A stretch of DNA of 63,325 nt, filler included, from Collodictyon triciliatum (taxonomy: Eukaryota), in the NCBI GenBank assembly GCA_043381765.1. It is 39 parts of 39 records of this genome, joined end to end, with 100 filler letters (N's around TTAATTAATTAA, not from the genome) between each part and the next. Parts side by side here need not be neighbours in the genome. Positions count along the whole stretch, not along the records: positions 50,459 to 51,979 come from JBHJMP010010861.1; positions 52,080 to 53,600 come from JBHJMP010010862.1; positions 53,701 to 55,222 come from JBHJMP010010863.1; positions 55,323 to 56,843 come from JBHJMP010010864.1; positions 56,944 to 58,463 come from JBHJMP010010865.1; positions 58,564 to 60,084 come from JBHJMP010010866.1; positions 60,185 to 61,704 come from JBHJMP010010867.1; positions 61,805 to 63,325 come from JBHJMP010010868.1; 31 more parts are not named here. One strand, 5' to 3'. Under the pieces are notes generated by a model that made no database searches, was not told where the DNA came from, and saw only the letters and a list, made by a program, of their open reading frames with translations. The stretch's first letter is position 1. The number at the start of each line of letters is the position of its first letter. A program made the translations under genes and the position numbers. This document shows positions 50,696-63,325 of this stretch, piece by piece.

Positions 50696-52970
50696 GCTGC
50701 CTCTGTAAAAGGGAAGTAGGAGTACTGGTTTACAGCTTTTATTAGAACAGAAAAATAGACATGCTTTTTTTTGTCAAGATCGGACCGAGGGGGCGCAAAG
50801 GCGATGCAGAAGGACACAAGTCGCATGATCGATATAGAAATAGAGGATACTCAAAAGGTTTCCGTGCTATGTTTTTTTCTATGGAATATTGTGTGATGGT
50901 GAGCTGGCAAGAAAACACAGATCTTTCCTCCTCATATTATCAGTGTTATTTCTTCACTTCAAGACGTTTCAATAGACCTTCTATTAGATTCCGACAGTCT
51001 TGTGTATTTTAAGCTGATTTTTCATTCTTTTTGCTATATTATGCGGTGGTCGCTGTAAGAAGCTGGCTGGAAGGTGTTATATGTAACGAGGAAAGAGAGT
51101 CAGCAAAAACAAAAGACCGACCCAACCTCACCGTGAGCCAGCACAGCAAGTTTTATAAGCTGTGTTTTTGGGATCCTCGCCCAGGGAGAGAGTTGTAGAG
51201 AGGAAACAAACGCCAAAGAAAATCGAAAAAGAAAAACAAGAAAAACAAGAAAAACAAGAAAAACAAGAAAAACAAGAAAAACAAGAAAAACAAGGGAATG
51301 AACTCGTGTCCCGGCCAAATGCCGCAACACAAACGACAGCCTCCCAAACTGCTGGTCCAGTAAGCTTTTCGCTCCACAGAAGTCATTGAGCCATGGAGGG
51401 GATCACAGATTCTTCCCTGCTGCAAACCGTGCTGTGGGGACCGATCTTCTCTGGCGGCTTTGTGCGCTCATATCTTTCTTGCTTGGGCGGCGCCGTTCGC
51501 ACCCACAATTGCGCCACTATTCTTGCCTGCCAACAGGTATGATGAAGCCTGTTGACTTCTGGCGGAAAAGACGTGTGGACTATTCAGTGAAAAGGTCCAG
51601 GAAAAGACAAATGAACGACATAGCCGTTGACCTCTCTCTCTCTTTGGACATATTTGTTGAATCTTGCAGTTCTGTGACGCACCGCACTGCATGAAATTTC
51701 AATTGACACGTAAAGTGTTGGATCAGAAACGTTATTAGATGTATCAGAAGATGTACATACAGCATTATTATAATTTTATTATGGTTATATATAACAAAAA
51801 TATTGTAAATGCGATCTATATTTACAATTATTATAAATTCCACATTAATGATACCTTTCGTTTTTTTTCTTGCCCTCCTTATCCCTTTCGCATACCGTTT
51901 TCTTGCGAGATGCCTCGGAGAGGATCGAAATATGTTTATGTCTTCGTCGATGCTGTTGTTGGATTTTGATTGTGTCATANNNNNNNNNNNNNNNNNNNNN
52001 NNNNNNNNNNNNNNNNNNNNNNNTTAATTAATTAANNNNNNNNNNNNNNNNNNNNNNNNNNNNNNNNNNNNNNNNNNNNTTTTATCGAGCGGAACGGGTT
52101 CAGAAATGCCTTTTCTATGTTTTGGCTGATTTGAACTTCCTGCAGTGAATTCTATGAAAAACACCACTTTTCTCCTTTTTTCTTTGGTCGAATTTGGCTT
52201 TGGTGAATTATTTTTTATGTGCTCTTCGTTACTTGCAAGTTCTTGATTGTGTTTGTGAAATAAATTCTGGTTGTGTCCTCATCCAACGCCATTCAGTTGT
52301 TATCATTTTGTTTGTTTTTTTTTTTTCATTTGCTGGGTGGAACTGGGGTGTTCTTCCAGTCTTTCAAAGAATCAACAAGGCCGAAAGTATTCCAAAAACG
52401 GACATTTGAGATCAGTTCCGTTGGGTTTTATTAAATTGGAACATAAAATTGAACAGCCACAAGATTGGACAACCTGACATATGAAGTAAATCCAGCTTAT
52501 GAAATACAAACGTGGAATTTAATCCCCAGAAAACGAATACTTACCGTATTTTTATCCCAATAGAGACCACGAGATTTGTGCCCAATAGAGACATTGATGA
52601 ATCTTTGCGCATGACTTCTAAAGACAGATAAAACATCCATATATTTTATACGGTATTATTTATTCTGGAATGTATCACTTATTTATTCGGCGCTAGGGTG
52701 CCGCCCTCACCGATAGAGTTATTGATTGCACAAGCTGTTGGGCAAGAACAAGCTATTCCCGTAATATGCCGACGCACTCGGGGAACTCTATGGCCAACTT
52801 TTTTTCTCCCTGTACAAATATGCCCAATTTTCGCCTTACAATTCTTAATATACATCCACAAGTGGCCCTCCTATCAAAGCCAGGGCTTCATTTATTTTTT
52901 TATCTCCCTTAATTCGATTTTTTTTCTCCCTTTCAATTTTGTGCAGGATAGAGGTTTTGGCTTTGGTTCG

Positions 52971-53600
52971 CTAGCCATCATTTGCATGGGTGCTACTTGG
53001 TGGCCGGGTGGCGGAGAAGTGGTCGGTAATCAGGAATTGCATCCTGCGGTTTGGCCTGTAGCCTGGGTCTTGTGCTTGCATGAGAGAGACAAGGCGAGGT
53101 TTAATCTCCTTCTCAGCCTCATTCCACATGTCTCTTCTCACAGGTTCTGAGTAGTAGAGAACGTGCAGGCGGCGAAGGAAGTTGTTGAGGAAAGAGATTT
53201 GTATGATGTCATTCAGCCTGTTATCAGGAATGGGTGGCTGGTCGTTGGGTCTTGCTTTGCGTGATTATATGCGCGCTATCCACATAGTCCTCAGCAAATG
53301 GCCTCGCGTCACTGCCCAGAATGTTTTTGCATCTGGACGCAGCTGTTGCAGAGAGCTCCAATATCGCCTGGATTGGGCCAACAGCTGCAGCCGTCTTGAG
53401 TGTCAGTCGAAGAATCTCACCGGCTGTTTCGCGCAGGTTTTGAGTGAAGGGACATTGCACAAACGTGTGCTCAATGGATTCATCACCGTTGCTGCAAAGT
53501 GTGCATTGTTGGGAGACTTTGCCAGCTTTTGCCGCGCGTGTGCCTATCCATAGCTCCCTATTGGTGATATTAAGCATTAGAGAGCGGTGATTTGGAAGGA
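52971..53600 (-). mobile_element. LINE ORF2 3' end with CCHC zinc finger (zf-RVT)
   Basis: CTLCSNGDESIEHTFVQC; terminal frame ends ...THANDG* at 52971. Confidence 0.9.
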
Positions 53601-53700
53601 NNNNNNNNNNNNNNNNNNNNNNNNNNNNNNNNNNNNNNNNNNNNTTAATTAATTAANNNNNNNNNNNNNNNNNNNNNNNNNNNNNNNNNNNNNNNNNNNN

Positions 53701-53796
<96 letters not shown>

Positions 53797-53797
53797 G

Positions 53798-54710
53798 CTA
53801 AAAGAGCAGATGAGTCTGACGCTCTTGGAGCAGCGCTTCAAGGTACTCGAGGCCAAAGAGAAGGCTCACAAGTCGCGGTTTCAAAAGAGTAAGAAATCTT
53901 CAAAGGACGAGTAAGAATAATTTACGTTCAAAAAAAATCAATCTCCCTTCACATAGTCTGACAATATCCCCTTTTTTTCTTTGTTCAGCTTGAATAAAAG
54001 TCTCTTTTCATTATCATTATCACTGCCATCATTATTAGTATTACCACTACCATTATCATTATCATTATCATCATCATTAATATAATTTTTTATTTTATGT
54101 CCATTTATCTTTTTATCATTTTGTATTCAGAGTTGACGAAGACTTACCGCCTTGCTCTTGCACATAGGCAGCCAAGAGTATTTGAAGGAAATCAGTCTCA
54201 AGTCCTCCGCCTTCGAGGCTATGATGACAACGGGAAGACACTGTTCCACCGATTCTTTTCGGTCGAGGAAGAAGACTGGTTTTTTTTTCTTCGACCCATG
54301 GATTATATATGCCTCTAACTTCCCCCAACTCGCTGATTTCTTACCGAGTATGTCTCGTAGGCCCTCTGCAAAATCCTCCTCTATTCAACCAAGCGCCCCG
54401 AATCCACGACCTTCGACTGCGCCATCCAAGCTGAAGTCTACTGTAAATAGACCCACATCCGCTGTCCCAACGGCATCTCACCGAACTCGCCCGTCTTCAG
54501 CGTACACTACTGTATCTATGCAATCTGAAATCGCTGCAAGTACTGCCTATTCGTTGCCAAGCAATCGGTCGGGGTTCACTAATCTGTATGGAGACGAGTT
54601 GGAGTCTGTGGAACCTATACATACTGACAGATCATTAGTCGAGTTGAAGGATGAATCTATTTTTAACACGAGCCCAGAGCCCGTACGAAAAATTGGAGCT
54701 TTTTCTAGGG
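53798..54710 (+). CDS. Hypothetical protein with S/P/T-rich RPS[ST]A repeats; exon structure uncertain
   Basis: 192-aa ORF plus an upstream charged exon. Confidence 0.45.
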
Positions 54711-55337
54711 TTAGTTTGCTCGTTTGCTAGTTTGCTCGTTTTTCTCACTGTGTATTTTGAAGACTACACTAAAAATCATATGGAATCTCAACTGGGATAC
54801 TCATATGATTTGTTTGCCACAATTATTTCTGGCATAACATCATTACATTTTTCCCATAGCAAATATCACAATTGATGGACTCTTCGATGTTGGACGTTTC
54901 TAATCAAGTAGAGCATCGAATATCACAATCGCGCGGTAGAACTCCTGTAAGCACGATTAATTGTGTTTATCCATTACTCTTTTTTTTACTCTTTTTTTTA
55001 CTCTTTTTTTTACTCTTTTTTTTACTCTTTTTTTTACTCTTTTTTTTACTCTTTTTTTACTCTTTTTTTACTCTTTTTTTACTCTTTTTTTTACTCTTTT
55101 TTTTACTCTTTTTTTTACTCTTTTTTTTACTCTTTTTTTACTCTTTTTTTACTCTTTTTTTACTCTTTTTTTACTCTTTTTTTACTCTTTTTTACTCTTT
55201 TTTTACTCTTTTTTTTACTCTTNNNNNNNNNNNNNNNNNNNNNNNNNNNNNNNNNNNNNNNNNNNNTTAATTAATTAANNNNNNNNNNNNNNNNNNNNNN
55301 NNNNNNNNNNNNNNNNNNNNNNATAATAATAATAATG

Positions 55338-55446
<109 letters not shown>

Positions 55447-55696
55447 TAATAACAGTAATAGTAATAAATGGATTATCAGATACGGTTTCATGAATAAAGA
55501 GAAACCATTATGTTGCTTTGGGTTATTGTTTGTTTGTTTGTTTGTTTGTTTGTTTGTTTGTTTGTGTGTTTGTGTGTATGTGTGTATGTGTGTTATTATG
55601 CAAGAGAAAAAAACATACATTAAAATAACATCAAGATAAAATCAGCAGATTAAAATCATAAATAGAAATAAAATCAGAATACAAATATGCATTACC

Positions 55697-56515
55697 ATGA
55701 AACAGCATCTTCCTGTTCGCCTTTATTATCAGGTAAATACTTGGCATTGGTCTCATAGGCACCCATTTCAATGGCAACACGAGCAACACCAAGCGGAGCA
55801 AATACTCTGGGAGATAATACACAACACATTAATTTGAGAAATGATCGAATGATGTTAAGAGTGTGAATAAAATATGGTCACCTGGCACGATCCAGCTCTG
55901 CTCTCCTATCTGCTCTTTCTTTGTCGCTTTCTTCTTTGGTTTTCCCATCCTTTATATTCATCGCTTCTATCTGGTCTTCGTGGTTGGGATGAATCATCAA
56001 CATGCCCTTCACTTTCGCACTTCTCACCTACGAAGTGTCAAGCAATTAATATGAGATTTAGACAAGATTATATTTTTTGCAAGGGCATATGTATAATTCA
56101 TAGTCTTTCCTTTCATTTCCTTTTTCCCCATATTGTTTTTCTCATCATTTATGGTCCATCTTACAGGGTCAGTGATGTAATATCGGTGGAATAATCCGCT
56201 AATTCCGCTGGAAACCAAAATATATTCTTGATAGGCGATGATACCATCCTCATATGCCGCATCCAACAAGGCTTCCAAGTCTTGAGCTATTCGCCGACTA
56301 AGTAGTACAATCAGTTATGTTGTGGTATATGGTCCTCTTTGCATACACCTTTTTTTTTTTTTTATACAAGCATCGTCACGCAGGGACATTTTATCACAAG
56401 ACAAGGGTGATATATGCATGCATCAGAGAAAAAAAATCGACTCTTGACACATACCTTGCTCGGGGAATAGAGCCAGAATCGCTCCATCCATATCCAGCTC
56501 GGTCATAGGAACAGA
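55697..56515 (-). CDS. Alpha/beta-fold hydrolase, internal exons, atypical nucleophile elbow
   Basis: CSYDRAGYGWSDSGSIPRAS|RRIAQDLEALLDAA...YILVSSGISGL...VKGMLMIHP. Confidence 0.82.
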
Positions 56516-56714
56516 CTGTAGTAATTTTCGAGAACTACATGGATGGCAGCGTTCATTTACTCTTGGCAAGATTTTAACGGTATCGTGTATAACAGAGCTT
56601 AAGGGTCATGATAATTAATTAAATAGGGTGGACATTTTTCAATATGAAAGGGCCTCATGGTTAAAGAAAAATAATGGAAATATGCACGCATAATTACCAA
56701 TTGTAAATCAAGCG

Positions 56715-56832
<118 letters not shown>

Positions 56833-58341
56833 ACACACACGCANNNNNNNNNNNNNNNNNNNNNNNNNNNNNNNNNNNNNNNNNNNNTTAATTAATTAAN
56901 NNNNNNNNNNNNNNNNNNNNNNNNNNNNNNNNNNNNNNNNNNNAATAAAAAACAATAAAAAACAATAAAAAACAATAAAAAACAATAAAAAACAATAAAA
57001 AACAATAAAAAAACAATAAAAAACAATAAAAAACAATAAAAACAATAAAAACAATAAAAACAATAAAAAACAATAAAAAAACAATAAAAAAAACAATAAA
57101 AAAGGAAAAAGGAAAAAGGAAGAAAGAAGAAACGAGAAACTGGCCACTGAGTTACGTATCGGAGGAAATAAAAACAGTGCTATTCCAGACGAAGTCTACC
57201 CTTTCTCGCAAAATGATTGTTCGAAGGCGTAGCCAATCTGTGGGTTCATCTCTAGAGAGCAAATACACAAGTATTTTAGTTTATTGACTCGCCTGTCAAT
57301 GACAAGGCATCGAACTACTTTCTATCAAAATAACAAGTGACTCAACATAGACAGAACTAGAATGGTTCCATAAATACAGCAAGAAGCAACAATCCCAGCC
57401 GATTAATACGTACTGATGAAAATATTAATGACAGTAAGAATAAATAAAAGGCCAATTCAATTCTATTTTCTAAGAAAAAAAATTTCCTTTTGTTCTTCGC
57501 GAGTTCATGTATAGCTTTATTTATGAATGTTCTACACTGACACGGAGCAACGAAGATAAATTCAATACCCTTCCTTATTTTAAATTTTAAAAAAAAATTC
57601 CAAAGGCAACCACAACACTTGAATAATTCGTCATTAGTATTCAAAGTCACCAACTCGGATGTCATTTCCGATTGATAAATGGACACAATAGCCTGTCATA
57701 ACGAAAACATGTGACGGAATATGTACATATGAGATCTATACACAAGACCTCTCGTAAACAGAGTAGATTTTATTTGAAGCCCTAGTCAGACCAACGATGT
57801 CTTTTCGTTTAATAAAATTAATCGGAGTCTCGTCCAAAAAAAAGTGAAAATATTCTAGAACGTAAAACACCAATAAAATCACAGAATTTCTGCTGTAGTT
57901 ATCGATTTTATGTATCTCGGTCGTATGAAGCAAGGACAAATCGATTTTTCATCGGAATGATAAGATTTTCACGATGAATACACCCGGCAAAAAGGAGAGA
58001 CAATATCATTCGATGTCGTAATTTAACACTTGAGAAGTATAGAATGAAAAATAGTGCGTGAATCTAAAGCTATTCAATTTGTCTATCAGCTGGTTTCTTG
58101 ACTCTGCATTTTAGTGAAGCTTGTTTCCTATTCTTTCGTTATGCCAGCACCTTTGAACCGGATTGTGCGATGTGAAAACACATTTTACCCTTCTACAACT
58201 ACTATACGTAGTCCTGGAAAATAAAACAAAACTCTAATAGGAAGTGTTCTGGTGTCTCATGAATCTGAGCAAACTACATAGTATGATGATGCTGATTTTA
58301 ACAGTGGAATGATTTGACAATAATTGATTTTCATTTGAGCA

Positions 58342-58372
<31 letters not shown>

Positions 58373-59150
58373 TGTATGTATGTATGTATGTATGTATGTA
58401 TGTATGTATGTATGTATGTATGTATGTATGTATGTATGTATGTATGTATGTATGTATGTATGTNNNNNNNNNNNNNNNNNNNNNNNNNNNNNNNNNNNNN
58501 NNNNNNNTTAATTAATTAANNNNNNNNNNNNNNNNNNNNNNNNNNNNNNNNNNNNNNNNNNNNTTTCGTTCTTTCGTTCTTTCGTTCTTTCGTTCTTTCG
58601 TTCTTTCGTTCTTTCGTTCTTTCGTTCTTTCGTTCTTTCGTTCTTTCGTTCTTTCGTTCTTTTGTTCTTTCGTTCTTTCGTTCTTTCGTTCTTTCGTTCT
58701 TTCGTTCTTTCGTTCTTTCGTTCTTTCGTTCTTTTGCCCATTATTTGCTTGCGAGAAAAAATAGCTGTGGAGAGGAAAATGAAAACAGAATAAGAAAAAG
58801 AACAAAAGGCCTCGTCTAGGTTAGGTACAAGTGACAGCGATGGAGGCGAGCAGAAGTCGAAGCAACAACCCAAAGTAAGTCTTGGTGAAAAATGGTAAAT
58901 TAATGTCAGCTATTAAAGTGAAAAGGACGACAAAGGATTCGCTCTAAGCTAATTGTTTTTAAGGTTTTTTTTCTGCTTCTCTTATTTTTATTTGTTTCTT
59001 TGTTTCTTTGTTTTTGTGAGGAAGGACAACTCAGTTCACTCTATCGATCATAGCATTTGCCTTGCTTTTCTTCTTTCTTTCGATTAAGTAACATGCGTAA
59101 GGCTAAGCATCACTCTTTACAACCTTACTAATGACTGTAATTCAAACACT

Positions 59151-59909
59151 ATGTCTTTTCCAGCTCCAAAAGGCAGGCAGATATTGAAGGTATCATATCT
59201 ATCTAAAATAAGAGAAGAGAATATTGACCCAAAACATTTGTTTGTTTATTTCGAATCGTGGTAATTGTGATGTTACAATATATTATCCCGTTATTTTATA
59301 TTTGATGTTATGGTCCGTTTTAGATTATATTTAAGCGTATTTAATACAATTTTTATTTTATTCTATTTTTTGTTTTCGAGCTTCATTTTTTAGGTATTAT
59401 ATGTTAATGTCACATATTCTTACTCAGCCATAAACTATATTCTCTATTTTCCGGGAAAAAATAGCACAATTTTCATCTAAATGGGTCGTTGGCATCCATG
59501 TGTATATCTTTGGGGTGATAATTGTTCGGGATGGCGTCTTTCATGATGCGTTGATTAACGGGCCGTGGTTCCCTCTGTTTTTGTTCTCGTGCTTAACTAT
59601 AGTTGGAATGTCCTTATACTTTAACCTGCTTGGCTCAGACCCTGGATTTGTCGGTAAGTAGGCATTCAAATATCATACTTGATTTCTTAATCTCAGTATA
59701 TAATTAGAATATTAACGCTATTATCAGGGTATCACTCGTACATTCGCCATTTTTCTCTTGTTTTTTAAAAAAAAAATGCACAACATTTTTTGATTTTATT
59801 GCAATATTTTTTGCTGAATGGAATATTGGCACTTATAGTATCTGACCAAGAACAAGGCCATGTTGCATTGAACCCTCAAGATTTTTGCTCGAAATGCTTT
59901 TTGAATCGG
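59151..59909 (+). pseudogene. DHHC palmitoyltransferase (ZDHHC12-like) 5' part with apparent in-frame TAA (59431) and frameshift (~59528)
   Basis: KWVVGIHVYIFGVILF/DGVFHD...LYFNLLGSDPGFV|...FCSKCFLNR|. Confidence 0.6.
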
Positions 59910-60284
59910 GTTTGATTATTATTCAGTCATAAGTGCACAAAGAAAATTGCAAGTTGTTGTAACCTAATCCATTTTGCTTTGCTTTTCTTTGTTCTTTGTT
60001 CTTTGTTCTTTGTTCTTTGTTCTTTGTTCTTTGTTCTTTGTTCTTTGTTCTTTGTTCTTTGTTCTTTGTTCTTTGTTCTTTGTTNNNNNNNNNNNNNNNN
60101 NNNNNNNNNNNNNNNNNNNNNNNNNNNNTTAATTAATTAANNNNNNNNNNNNNNNNNNNNNNNNNNNNNNNNNNNNNNNNNNNNAGATGGTTTTTTTTTG
60201 TATTAATACGATAACTACACAATTATTTAAAAATTTCATCAATAAAATCCATATAATTTAGAACATATATTTGAAAAAAATTAG

Positions 60285-60580
60285 GTTCGTGCAAATTCCT
60301 ATGATTGTGTTTCTGAATAAACAAGATTTATTCAAAGAGAAACTTGAAGCTAAGCACAGCATAAGGACCGTTTTTGAGGATTATACAGGTATAGTTAATT
60401 CAAAGCATTGGGAGCAATACATATGTATTACCAATTGAAGTTAGTCATATAATTCTCTACCTTTTTTTTTTTTTTATCAATATATTTGTTCAAGAGCAAT
60501 TATAATACACCATCAACAGGAGAAGACACATTTGAACCCTCAGTCGGATTCATCCAGAAGAAATTTGATCAGATCAACAA
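60285..60580 (+). CDS. G-alpha downstream exons (G4 motif), placed before the upstream exons in this scaffold
   Basis: IPMIVFLNKQDLFKEKL...FEDYTG|EDTFEPSVGFIQKKF. Confidence 0.93.
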
Positions 60581-60911
60581 GTACAAATCCTTCTAGTTTA
60601 TCCTTCCTATTTTTCATTCCAATCCAAAAANNNNNNNNNNNNNNNNNNNNNNNNNNNNNNNNNNNNNNNNNNNNNNNNNNNNNNNNNNNNNNNNNNNNNN
60701 NNNNNNNNNNNNNNNNNNNNNNNNNNNNNNNNNNNNNNNNNNNNNNNNNNNNNNNNNNNNNNNNNNNNNNNNNNNNNNNNNNNNNNNNNNNNNNNNNNNN
60801 NNNNNNNNNNNNNNNNNNNNNNNNNNNNNNNNNNNNNNNNNNNNNNNNNNNNNNNNNNNNNNNNNNNNNNNNNNNNNNNNNNNNNNNNNNNNNNNNNNNN
60901 NNNNNNNNNNN

Positions 60912-61041
60912 TCTGTATGCACGCTCTCCAACCACAGGAGTCAGCGAGCATTTCTTTGCTGTAGAAAAATTCGTCTTTCGGTGCAGCCTTTATCTATTTA
61001 TTTATTATTATTATTGATTATTATTTATTATTTATTATTTA

Positions 61042-61107
<66 letters not shown>

Positions 61108-61704
61108 GTATTCTTATTATTATTACTATGATGATGATGATTATGTGTATATGCTCACATATATTATTGTATAATTACCTGAATCCAGATCCTTCTTAAT
61201 TTTTTGAATATTATAGAGAATTAGACTATATTATTCATCGATCAGTATTATTCCAACACAAAATTTGAAGGAAATCGACATATTAACGATATGAATATTC
61301 ATGTTTTCCTGAATAAAGGGTGGTCGATGTTGGTGGGCAACGCAGCGAAAGAAAAAAATGGCTATCATGTTTTAATGATGTTACTAGCGTTTTATTCATC
61401 GTGGCATTGAGCGAGTTTGTCCAATCAATCCTTCTAAACGATTAATTATGATGCTTCATGTATACAATACTAGTGTGTATGAATTAATACTTTCCATGAA
61501 CACAATGTGTATAACAGATTCAACCAAACACTTTATGAAGACGGAAAAACGAATAGAATGGTCGAATCTCTTCAACTATTCCGTGGCATATGCGAAAATA
61601 GATGGTTTTTTTTGTATTAATACGATAACTACACAATTATTTAAAAATTTCATCAATAAAATCCATATAATTTAGAACATATATTTGAAAAAAATTAGGT
61701 TCGT
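60912..61704 (+). CDS. Heterotrimeric G-protein alpha subunit, upstream exons (switch I-III)
   Basis: [12 protein letters not shown]...[52 protein letters not shown]. Confidence 0.96.
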
Positions 61705-62021
61705 NNNNNNNNNNNNNNNNNNNNNNNNNNNNNNNNNNNNNNNNNNNNTTAATTAATTAANNNNNNNNNNNNNNNNNNNNNNNNNNNNNNNNNNNNNNNN
61801 NNNNATCTCTCTTTTTATATCTCTCTTTTTATATCTCTCTTTTTATATCTCTCTTTTTATATCTCTCTTTTTATATCTCTCTTTTTATATCTCTCTTTTT
61901 ATATCTCTCTTTTTATATCTCTCTTTTTATATCTCTCTTTTTATATCTCGCTTTTTATTCTCGCTTTTTATTCTCGCTTTTTGTTCTTGCTTTTTGCCCA
62001 CGTCTAATAACCAATTAATAG

Positions 62022-63277
62022 GAGGAATTGATTATTGTTGGTGGCCACTATGCGTTTCTTCTCGGTAAAACAAGGATACTTCGGCAATACACAGACAATC
62101 TTTTCATCTTTGCGACATCACGAGGGAATGTTCAGGGGAAATTGCGCTCTGTGTACCAAGAATGTCTATTGTGTCTGCGATACGGAATAGGAAGTGTGCA
62201 GGGTTGCATCAGAAAGTATGCATTCATTCATCATATATCCATGTTAGCACTTTAATCTAACTCCTTTTCAATCGAATTTCGTTGCATGAGGCATACAAAT
62301 ATAGTAGGCTGTAGTATATTTTATTTTGATTTTTGGAAATTGAAAGACCTTTTGCATTTGTTGCTAGGTTGAATGAAGCAATGGACTCTCTCAAAATAAT
62401 GCCTGAGGCTGGGTCAAGGTTAGACTTTATCGTCTCATCAGCTTTGTTGGCCTCATTGACTCGTGATATCGATATGGTTAAAGAGGTTATATTTGTTTTA
62501 TATATGATGAATATGATTTGATGAACTTTAGACACTTGCTGTGAATTCTTTTTAACAAATAAATATAAGAGAAAGAGAAAACAAGTACAGAATTTGACTC
62601 ATCCGCACTTAAAAATAAAATGTAGCTCGTTCCGGCGATTTGTTCATTCCCAACAAACTCTATGTTCTCAGTCTCCCACGCCATCGCCATCATTCATTTG
62701 ATATTGTGTGTCATTTTTTCCACTTTGTGGGTCAGAGAGGGGAACAGCACTTTGGCTGGAAGCATGTCAGTCATGTCGGTTATGCGAGGTGATTTGGATG
62801 AAGGAGAAAACAGTGCATCCGTATTACCCTCTCGTGTGGTGAGCACGAAGGAAATTCCAGCATTGTGGACTCAACTGAAGCTCGTGCTTGGGCATTTGAA
62901 AAAATTGGCAAAAAACTTTCCCTCTGCCCGACCTCCATTGTTCCGGTTTTCAGGATACGTGGCTTTGGTGAAAGGACAAAAATCTTTGGCCAAGAAGCTT
63001 CTTTTAAAGTGAGTTTTGGCTTGCATCGTTTGCTGAATTTGATTATGCAGTACAATACAATACAATTTTTGCATTAGGATTTGCATCGATTAACAAAGTA
63101 TGAATAATCATAAATTGGTCATCTTCGTTTTCTTTCCTGTTTACTTTTATTTATCTTTAAATATATATTTCACAGGGCATACAAAAGTGCCATCGAAATC
63201 GGTTATGCTTTCGAACAGTTTGCCGCCTCGTGTGACATATACTATTATTTCCCCATGGAGGCTCCCCAAATGCAAGG
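62022..63277 (+). CDS. Helical/TPR-like C-terminal region of an ADCY10/SgcA-type (cyclase-AAA-TPR) protein
   Basis: LKKLAKNFPSARPPLFRFSGYVALVKGQKSLAKKLLLK|AYKSAIEIGYAFE resembles the tail of soluble cyclase/STAND proteins; catalytic domain not present. Confidence 0.55.
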
Positions 63278-63325
63278 GTAATTCTTATGAAATATTCTGT
63301 CAATCCAAATGTTTCAGTCCGGTCG

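Noticed and set aside
57195..57250. IGYAFEQ peptide identical to one in the ADCY10-like exon at ~63198
   Set aside because: Flanks are dissimilar, and a 7-aa match among all six-frame pairs in 63 kb can occur by chance

Overview
This window is not a continuous locus. It is a pseudomolecule of 39 short scaffolds (about 1,533 bp falling to about 1,520 bp, i.e. sorted by length) joined by an artificial linker, N44-TTAATTAATTAA-N44, so neighbouring scaffolds have no genomic linkage. The source is an AT-rich, microsatellite-rich, intron-rich eukaryote using the standard code. Gene content (CFAP70, IPT/TIG surface protein, 7TM-kinase, GPCR-PIPK-like receptor, UBA6-type E1, soluble-cyclase-like tail) suggests a flagellated protist, possibly an amoebozoan (inference). 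Most ORF-track entries are microsatellite or N artefacts. I spliced exons by hand and assigned families from remembered motifs; no searches were run. Partial genes recovered: PPCDC, ZPR1, OCRL/INPP5B, UBA6, CFAP70, ARP4, an ALDH, AP4B1, NDUFAF7, ALG14, MPLKIP-like, DUF2961/GH172-like, a 7TM-TKL kinase, WDR27, a CAD-type ADH, an LRR protein, mS37, Rab11, an alpha/beta hydrolase, a ZDHHC, a G-alpha and an ADCY10-like tail. Mobile DNA: seven fragments of an APE-type (L1/Tx1-like) non-LTR retrotransposon family and one Ty3/Gypsy remnant. Most worth following up: (1) strongly degenerate splice signals (GTT donors, AAG acceptors, an ~80-nt poly(A) tract directly before an acceptor, a GC-AG intron, a U12-like donor); (2) an intron-containing bacterial-type DUF2961/GH172 gene; (3) two receptor-enzyme fusions; (4) three spliced genes with in-frame stops or frameshifts; (5) an intronless orphan ORF.
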